In this document: piece by piece, positions 62,081-64,000 of the stretch
How positions within the stretch are numbered: position 1 is the stretch's first letter
How the letters are laid out: each line of letters opens with the position of its first letter
NCBI RefSeq assembly: GCF_006345805.1
Contig: NC_043005.1
Location: forward strand, 41,044,001-41,108,000
Length of the DNA stretch: 64,000 nucleotides
Source of the DNA: Octopus sinensis
Lineage: Eukaryota
Reading direction: 5' to 3'
Notes under the pieces: model-generated
Databases searched by the model: none
The model's input: only the letters and a program-made list of their open reading frames with translations
What the model was told of the DNA's origin: nothing
Translations under genes and position numbers: made by a program

Positions 62081-64000
62081 ACAAGGCTAGCAATTTTGAG
62101 AGCGGGGCTAAGTCAGTTACTTCGACCCCAGTGCTCAACTGGTACTTATTTCATCAACCCCAAAAGGATGAAGGCAACATTGACCTTGATGGAATTCGAA
62201 CCTAAGACAGACAAAATGCCACAAAGCATTTTGTTTGAATGCTAATGATTCTGCCACCTTCTCACCATCTTCAAGTTGATCATATTGACTTTACTCAAGA
62301 ACTTGCTTAACTGATCCATGCTTCTTGAATCACTGAGTTATGAAACATACAAAGTCACACACAAATGCATATGTGTGCATCTACACATCATCACCACTGT
62401 CCTTCTTTTATGCTTGCTTTTCATATTGGAATGGGTTGGATGGGACATAACTGCTCTCCAAGAAAAGTTGGAGGACTATGTCTTGCATGAAAACTCATTT
62501 CTTGCATGCTTTCTATGACTGGACTCCTTTACAGAGTGTACTTAGTGCATTTTTACCAGGGCAGCAGTGCTAATATAGACATCATGTCTTCGATGAAACT
62601 AAACAAGTGTTGCAAGTCCACACTGAACAGAGTGCACTTGGTGCATTTCCTCATGGCTCCAGCATGAGAGAGGACAGGGGTGAGATCACACTGGACAGCA
62701 TAAGGTGGATAAACAGTGAGAGTGAGTGACAGATTATTTTTCCATGTCTGCATGGATCAGATGGGTTTTGTGGAGGCAGATTTTCTATGACGGGATGCCC
62801 TTCCTGTCACCAACTCTCACCTGCTTCAAAGTAAAGTAATATTTCCCCATGACCAGATATGTTTTCATGGAAGGTTGGAAACCAAGGATGCTGGCTGCAC
62901 AAGGTGACACTCATTTACAACTATCATGTAATGTCAAGGCAAGGAGACAGTATCACACACACACAGACACATGTACATGCACACAAAACACACACACAAA
63001 GACACACGTACATGCACACACACACACATACTACAGTCTCTTTGCAGTTTCCACCAGCCAAATCAACTCGTAAGGTTTTGGTTGGCCCAGGGTTGTAGTA
63101 GAAGTCACTTGTGTAAAATGCCACACAGTGGGACTGAACCCAAAACCACATGGTTGAGAAGCAAACTTCTTATCGTGCACCAATGCTTTTGCCCATACAT
63201 GCTCCACCCCCTACACAGTGCGCTTCTGCAGTTATTATTTACCAAGTTTTCTCTCAAGGTATTGGTTAGTCCCTAACTAGAGTAGAAAATAGATAACCAA
63301 AATGTCACACAATGGAACTGAACTTGAAATCACAGAGTTGTGAGACAAAGTCCTTAACTGCTTATTCATGTTACTAAAAATTTCCACAAGCTCTTTATGT
63401 CCCTCAAATAGTAAAAGCTGAAGTTATATCAGTTCATGGATCCAGTGTATACTTGTGTATGCTTGTGTACTTGAGCATTATTAAGATTAACAGCCCTCCA
63501 CCAGTTGCGACAATGAGTCTTCCGGTCGATCCAATCAATGGAACAGTCTGCTCATGAAATTAACATGCAAGCGCATGATCACTCCACAGATATGTGTACT
63601 CTACAGATATGTGTACCCTTAATGTAGTTCTTAGGGAGATTCAGCATGACACAGAACATGACAAGGCTGGCCCTTTGAAATATAGGTACTACTCATTTTT
63701 GCCAGCTTGAGTGGACTTGGGCAACGTGAAATAAAGTGTCTTGCTCAAGTACATAATGCACCACTGGGAATTGAACTCACAACCATATGATTGTGAGCCA
63801 AATACCCTAACCAGGAAGCCAAATACTTTCTGGTTGAGCATTATGGGCTAAAAATTATACATTAAAAAAACAAACAAACAAAAACCCTGGAAATTAAGAC
63901 AAAAAGGAAAATGACCAGAAAATAAGGATGCTGCATAAAGTGAAAGCAGTAAGATGACACATCCATGAGAATTATCAAATCAAGAATCTAATGAATGAAT

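Overview
AT-rich, microsatellite-dense eukaryotic genomic DNA. The SINE and LINE families resemble those I recall from octopus genomes, so the taxon is an inference. The only host gene I can support is the 3' end of an axonemal outer-arm dynein heavy chain (DNAH5/DNAH8-type) on the minus strand. It has five phase-consistent GT-AG exons (42223-42067, 38427-38215, 35488-35360, 31411-31285, 25955-25672) encoding the last ~302 aa and ending ...GVALLCDIK*, with AATAAA about 28 nt past the stop. The rest is transposon-derived: a decayed DD36E-type Tc1 transposase, mariner, hAT-like and piggyBac-like MITEs, RTE LINEs, R4/Dong-like RLE LINE fragments beside (TAA)n, a Penelope-like GIY-YIG fragment and dozens of SINEs. 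Most ORFs in the supplied track are microsatellite or repeat artefacts. The main unexplained signal is four type I hammerhead ribozyme motifs. Two lie in a tandem ~0.5 kb repeat (15555-16598, + strand) that would release a 562-nt monomer. One lies in a near-perfect 566-bp foldback element (20321-20886, - strand). One minimal motif lies upstream of the first recognised dynein exon, presumably intronic (46548-46584, - strand). The first three share an unusual covarying architecture and a related 3' tail, suggesting a retrozyme/Penelope-related family of non-coding mobile elements. All folds were done by eye and have not been computed or tested.
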